Of a DNA stretch of 64,000 nt, positions 59,725-64,000 are shown one piece after another. The stretch comes from an uncultured Actinomycetes bacterium. Its GTDB lineage: Bacteria; Actinomycetota; Thermoleophilia; Gaiellales; JAICJC01. Both the position numbers and the translations under genes were made by a program. The stretch covers positions 156,810-220,809 of the forward strand of contig CAWHWC010000001.1 of assembly GCA_963832955.1 (NCBI GenBank), in the 5' to 3' direction. Every line of letters starts with the position of its first letter. Position 1 is the first letter of the stretch. The notes beneath the pieces are model-generated. The model saw nothing but the letters and a program-made list of their open reading frames with translations. It ran no database searches and had not been told where the DNA came from.

Positions 59725-61168
59725 CTACGCCACGGCTTCGGGCTCGACCATCCCGTGCTCGGCGCGGGCCGGTGCCGGACGTCGCTTCGCAGCCACAGGC
59801 ACGCCGACGACCCCGAGCAGGCCGACGCACCGCGGCGCGCGAGGTAGGTCAGGCGGGCGGCGTCGACGACGGCGGGCACGTGCGCGCCCGCGTGCTCGGC
59901 CGCGCTGACCTGCGTCGACGTGAGCGTCGCGGCGAAGACGATGCCGGCGACGGCCGCGCCCATGCCCGAGCCCACCTGGCGCGTGAGCGGGATGCTCGAC
60001 GTCGACCGGCCCTCGCGGCCCTCGGCGCCGTCGGCCAGCACGGCCGCGAAGAGCGCCGGGCTGGCGATGCCCATGCCCAGGCCCGAGAGCGCGTAGGCGG
60101 CGATCGGGAGCGCCGCCCCGCCGGCGGGGATCGCCATCACGAACGTCGCCGCCGACCGTCAGGCTCGTGCCGAGCAGCGATCTGGTTTCTGGGGCGCGCG
60201 TCCCATGCGCGCCGCGGCCATCGACCCGGTCGTCCATCCGAGCGTGCAGAGGAGCAGCGCGATGCCGACGACGCGGACGCCGTGGTCGAACCCCACCTGG
60301 AGCTGCAGCGGCAGGTAGGTCTCGGCGCCGAGGAACGCCACGCCGGCCCCGAACGCCGCGACGTTCGCGGCGATCGAGTTGGCGGTGTGGGTGAAGACCG
60401 GGCTGCTGCCGTCCGCCGCTCGTACGAAGAAGAACGCCGCGGCCGGAAGCAGCGCCAGCGGGCGCCAGCAGCGACCGGCGGCAGCCAGTGCTTGCGTGAG
60501 CGCCAGCAGCACGGCCACGACGAGCCCGAGCAGCACCGGCCCGACCATGTTGAAGCGGGCCTCGGTCGCCGGCCGCGCCGACGGGTGAACCACCGCGCAG
60601 CGCGCAGCGCCGCCGCCCACGCGACGATCGCGATCATCGGCAGGTTGATCCAGAACACCCACCGCCAGCCGACCGTGGCGGTGAGCACGGCGCCGAGCAG
60701 CCGGCCCGATCAGCGCCGAGACGCCCCACATCGCGGCGTTGATCCCGAACGCGCGCGGCCGCAGCTCGTCGGGGAGCGAGACGGCGAAGAGGCCCAGCGG
60801 GACGGCGAACATGAACCCGGCGCCGAGGCCCAGGATCGCCCGCGACAGCGGCGACGACCGGCATCGACGGCGCCAGCCCGCCGATCACGTTGGCGACGGC
60901 GAAGAGCGAGCACGCGATCGCGAACGACCGCCCCACGCCCTCCCGGTCGATGACGGCGCCCGCGACCGGGAACGTCATCGCGACGGCGACGCGTCGTCGC
61001 GCCGACGGTGACCGCGATCAGGTCGACGCCGCCGATGTCCTGCGCCGCCGTCGGCAGCGCCGTGGTCACCATCAGCGCGTCGAGCGAGCCGAGGAACGTC
61101 GCCCCGAGCGCAGCCACCATCAGCGCGGTGTAGGGCGCGCGGAAGAGGGCGGCGTAGCTCGGAGTCAC
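59725..61168 (-). pseudogene. MFS transporter, frame-disrupted
   Basis: TM-rich segments are spread over 60710..61168, 60634..60978, 60159..60812 and 59505..60140 (all minus). Examples: 'ALMVAALGATFLGSLDALMVTTALP', 'FAIACSLFAVANVIGGLAPSM', 'AFLGAETYLPLQLQ'. Confidence 0.65.
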
Positions 61169-61216
61169 AGGGGCGTTACGGGGATGCCACGGCTCGGGCG
61201 TGCCATACCTGGTCCC

Positions 61217-62114
61217 CTAATCGCCCGCCGCGTAGATCTTGTCGGTCGCCGGGTACGTCTTGGTGACGTGGCGCTTGAAGAGCAGGTCGTCGTACGTCAG
61301 GCCGGCCGCCGCGCCGACCAGCTGGGCCAGGTGGAAGATCGGGATGCTCGAACTCGATGTCGGCCTCGCGGCTCGCCTTGCCCTGCCAGGCGTCGAGCGA
61401 CAGGTGGCAGAGCGGGCACGGCGTCACCATCGCGTCGGCGCCGGCCGCCTTGGCCTCGGCGAGCGGCTGGATGAGCTCGCCCAGGGCGACCTCCTCGCGG
61501 GCCAGGACGATCGGGAAGCCGCAGCACTTGATCTTGGACGGGTAGTCGACCGGCTCGGCCCCGCAGGCCTCGATGATGCGCTCGAGCGACTGCGGCCGGT
61601 CGGGGTCCTCGAACCCGAGCAGCTTCGACGGGCGCAGGATCTGGCAGCCGTAGAACGGCGCGATCTTGACGCCGGTGAGCGGCTTCTGCGCGATCTGCTT
61701 CAGCTTCTCGTAGCCCTCGCCCTCGGCGATCTCCCACAGCAGGTGGCGCACCTCGACGCCGCCGTCGTACGAGGCGGCGCCGACGTCGCGCAGGTTCGTG
61801 TTCACGCGCTCGCGCAGCTCCGGGTCGGCCTTCAGCTTGAGGTCGGCCTGGCGCAGGTTGAGCGTGCAGACGTTGCAGATCGTGAGCAGGGTCTCCTGCT
61901 CGAGCTGCTCGGCCTGGCCGAGGATGCGGGCGTTCAGGTGCAGGTAGTACTCGGGCCGCGCCTCGTGCACGTCGCCGGCGCCGCAGCAGGTGAACCCGGG
62001 GATGTCGACCAGCTCGACGCCCAGCTTCTCGGCGATCGCCCGCGTCGACGTGTCGAGCTCCTTCTGCGACAGGCTGGCCAGGCAGCCGGGGTAGTAGGCG
62101 TAGCTCGGCTTCAC
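61217..62114 (-). pseudogene. CCG-domain (HdrB-like) subunit of succinate dehydrogenase/fumarate reductase, one frameshift near 61345
   Basis: Two cysteine-rich CCG repeats: 'YYPGC...GFTCCGAG...CNVC' and 'FYGCQ...IKCCGFP...CPLCHLSL'. The tail 'IFHLAQLVGAAAGLTYDDLLFKRHVTKTYPATDKIYAAGD' is in another frame and ends at TAG 61217-61219. Confidence 0.7.
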
Positions 62115-63109
62115 TCCGCGGGCTCCTCACGGTCGAGGGAGACCCCGGCGCGGCGATCGTCGCGCGCGTCGGCCTCCTGGGTCTTCAAGAGCTTGTGCAG
62201 CTTTCGCACCTCGTCGAGCTTCTTGGCCCGGTGCGGCTTCAGCGGGTTCGGCACCTTGCCGGCCCGGGCCAGGTCTGCAGCGCGAACTTGACGTCCATCG
62301 CCTTCATCGGGTCGGTGTAGGGCACGAGCGCGGTCTCGAGCAGGTAGCCGGTCGTGCGGGTCGAGACGTCGAACACCTGCGCGTGGCGGGCGCCCTTGTC
62401 GGACAGCATGCCCTCGGAGTAGATCTCGGCGCCGAGCTTGGCGATCGCGTCGCGCGGGTCGACGCCCTTGGGGCAGCGCTCGTTGCAGAAGTAGCAGCGG
62501 GTGCAGTCCCAGACGCCGTGGGGCCCGTTGCAGCGTCCGCAGCCGCTCGTTGCGGTCGCGGTCGCGGACGTCGCCGACGAAGCGCTGCGCCTTGGCGAGC
62601 GCCGCCGGGCCCAGGAAGTCGGGATCGGACTCCATCGAGTTGCACTCCGAGACGCAGCAGCCGCACTGGATGCAGAGCGCCTCCTTCATGATCCGGTCGA
62701 GCTCCTCCTGCTGGACCCGCCACTCCTTGACGGGCGGGTGGTCGTCCTCCTCGAGCCACGGCTTCACCGGCCGGAACTTGTCCCAGAACGGCTCCATGTC
62801 GACGACCAGGTCCTTGACCACCGGCAGGTTGCCCATCGGCGAGATCACCGGCACGTGGCCCGACTCGACGAGCGGCGCCATCGGCGTCTTGCAGGCCAGC
62901 ACCGCCGCGCCGTCCATGCGCATCCCGCACGACCCGCACACCGCCATGCGGCAGCTCTTGCGGTAGGTGACCGACCCGTCGACCGTGTCCTTGACGACGT
63001 CGAGGACGTCGAGCAGCGTGGCCGTCTCGGGGCCGTCGACGGTGAACTCCTGGAGCCGGCCCTGCTCGGTGTCGGGGTTGTAGCGCTGGATCTTGAGGGT
63101 GAACTGCAT
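62111..63109 (-). pseudogene. sdhB: succinate dehydrogenase/fumarate reductase iron-sulfur subunit, frame-disrupted after about residue 190
   Basis: 'RYNPD...TYRKSCRMAVCGSCGMRMDG' (2Fe-2S) and 'CIQCGCCVSEC' (4Fe-4S) are in 62111..63109(-). The third cluster segment 'CTRCYFCNERCPKGVDP' is recoverable only in another frame. The charged C-terminal tail is back in the first frame. Confidence 0.8.
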
Positions 63110-63119
63110 GCTGCTCCGG

Positions 63120-64000
63120 TCAGTAGGTGCGGACGGCGGGCTGGTACTCGGTGATGGTGACGGGCTTGTAGTCGAGCGACACGCGGCCGTCGTCGTACCC
63201 GGTCAGCGTGTGCCGCAGCCAGCTTCTCGTCGTCGCGCTCGGGATAGTCGAGGCGGCTGTGCGCGCCGCGGCTCTCGGTGCGGGCGATCGCGCCGGTGAC
63301 GAGGCAGTCGGCCATCTCGAGCATCGAGCCGAGCTCGAGCGCCTGGATCAGGTCGGAGTTGAACGTGCGCGACTTGTCCTGGATCACGACGCCCAGGCCG
63401 TCGCGGTAGCGCTCGCGCAGGTCGGCGACGTCGGTCTTGCACTGCTCGAGCTTCTCGGCGGTGCGGAAGATGCCGGCGTTCTCGTACATCGTGTCGGCCA
63501 GCTCGTCGCGAAGCACGTGCGGGCGGACGCCGTCGAAGTTGTAGAGCAGCTGGCGGATCCGGCGCTCGGCGACCCGCACGGCCGACGGCGAGAAGACCCC
63601 GCCCGAGCCGTTCGAGCGCACGTCCTGCGCGGCGGCCGCGCCGGAGCGGCGGCCGAACACGACCGTCTCGAGCAGCGAGTTGCCGCCCAGCCGGTTGGCG
63701 CCGTGCACCGAGACGCACGCGCACTCGCCGGCGGCGTAGAGGCCCGGCATGATCGTGCGCCCCCAGACGTCGGTGTCGATGCCGCCCATGTGGTAGTGGC
63801 TGACCCCGGCCGCACCGGGATCGGCTCCTCGATCGGGTCGACGCCGGCGTAGTCCATCGCCAGCTCGCGCGAGCCGTGCAGGACGGTCGATGATCTTCTT
63901 CGCCCCGAGGTGGGTCAGGTCGAGCAGCACGCAGCCGTCGACGCCGCGGCCCTCGTCGATCTCGGTCTGCTCGGACCGCGAGACGACGTCGCGGGAGGCC
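63120..64000 (-). pseudogene. sdhA: succinate dehydrogenase/fumarate reductase flavoprotein subunit, C-terminal part (gene continues beyond the window), frame-disrupted
   Basis: 'HYHMGGIDTDVWGRTIMPGLYAAGECACVSVHGANRLGGNSLLETVVFGR' and 'TESRGAHSRLDYPERDDE' are in 62845..63930(-). The last about 40 codons are in another frame and end at TGA 63120-63122. Confidence 0.8.

Overview
This is a gene-dense chromosomal segment from a high-GC genome (GC judged by eye, not computed). It looks actinobacterial, possibly from a deep-branching lineage such as Thermoleophilia or Rubrobacteria; that placement is only an inference. From left to right the window holds:
- a CPBP protease, a chorismate mutase and a MacB-type ABC exporter (47-4581);
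- a minus-strand amino-acid super-operon hisA-argR-argF-argG-argH-proB-proA (4599-11524). It faces a plus-strand yerC(trpR-like)-hisG-hisC-hisB-hisH-hisF-hisIE operon (11555-16338), and candidate operators sit at both junctions;
- a ~22 kb Wzx/Wzy-type glycan cluster (16386-38211). It has a Wzc-like copolymerase/tyrosine kinase, GT26/GT4/GT2 transferases, a polymerase and a flippase. It also has five clear and one probable sulfotransferase and a GDP-mannose-3,5-epimerase-like enzyme. Five secreted proteins lie inside the cluster (GH26, LamG, beta-propeller and two paralogous metallophosphoesterases, one fused to CBM-FN3), and a third metallophosphoesterase paralog lies just past tRNA-Val;
- tRNA-Val and tRNA-Ser bracketing a small islet that holds a response-regulator remnant, an ornithine cyclodeaminase and the third phosphoesterase paralog;
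- the conserved block SRP RNA-dnaX-ybaB-recR, a PLP decarboxylase and lysC-asd;
- an ECF sigma/anti-sigma pair, Asp23, nucleases, an SbcCD(YhaO/YhaN)-like pair, an MprF-like protein, recQ, an MFS transporter and sdhA-sdhB with a CCG-domain subunit.

The best candidate for an undescribed system is the sulfotransferase-rich glycan cluster together with its extracellular enzyme set.

Major caveat: many genes are frame-disrupted, and the disruptions are patchy. They are dense at 4599-24302, 52646-54600 and 57651-64000, and absent at 24315-47166. I type these genes as pseudogenes because that is what the sequence shows, but sequencing or assembly indels are at least as likely. Their coordinates are approximate (about +/-50 nt). 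No CRISPR array, transposase, integrase or recognisable defence system was found.
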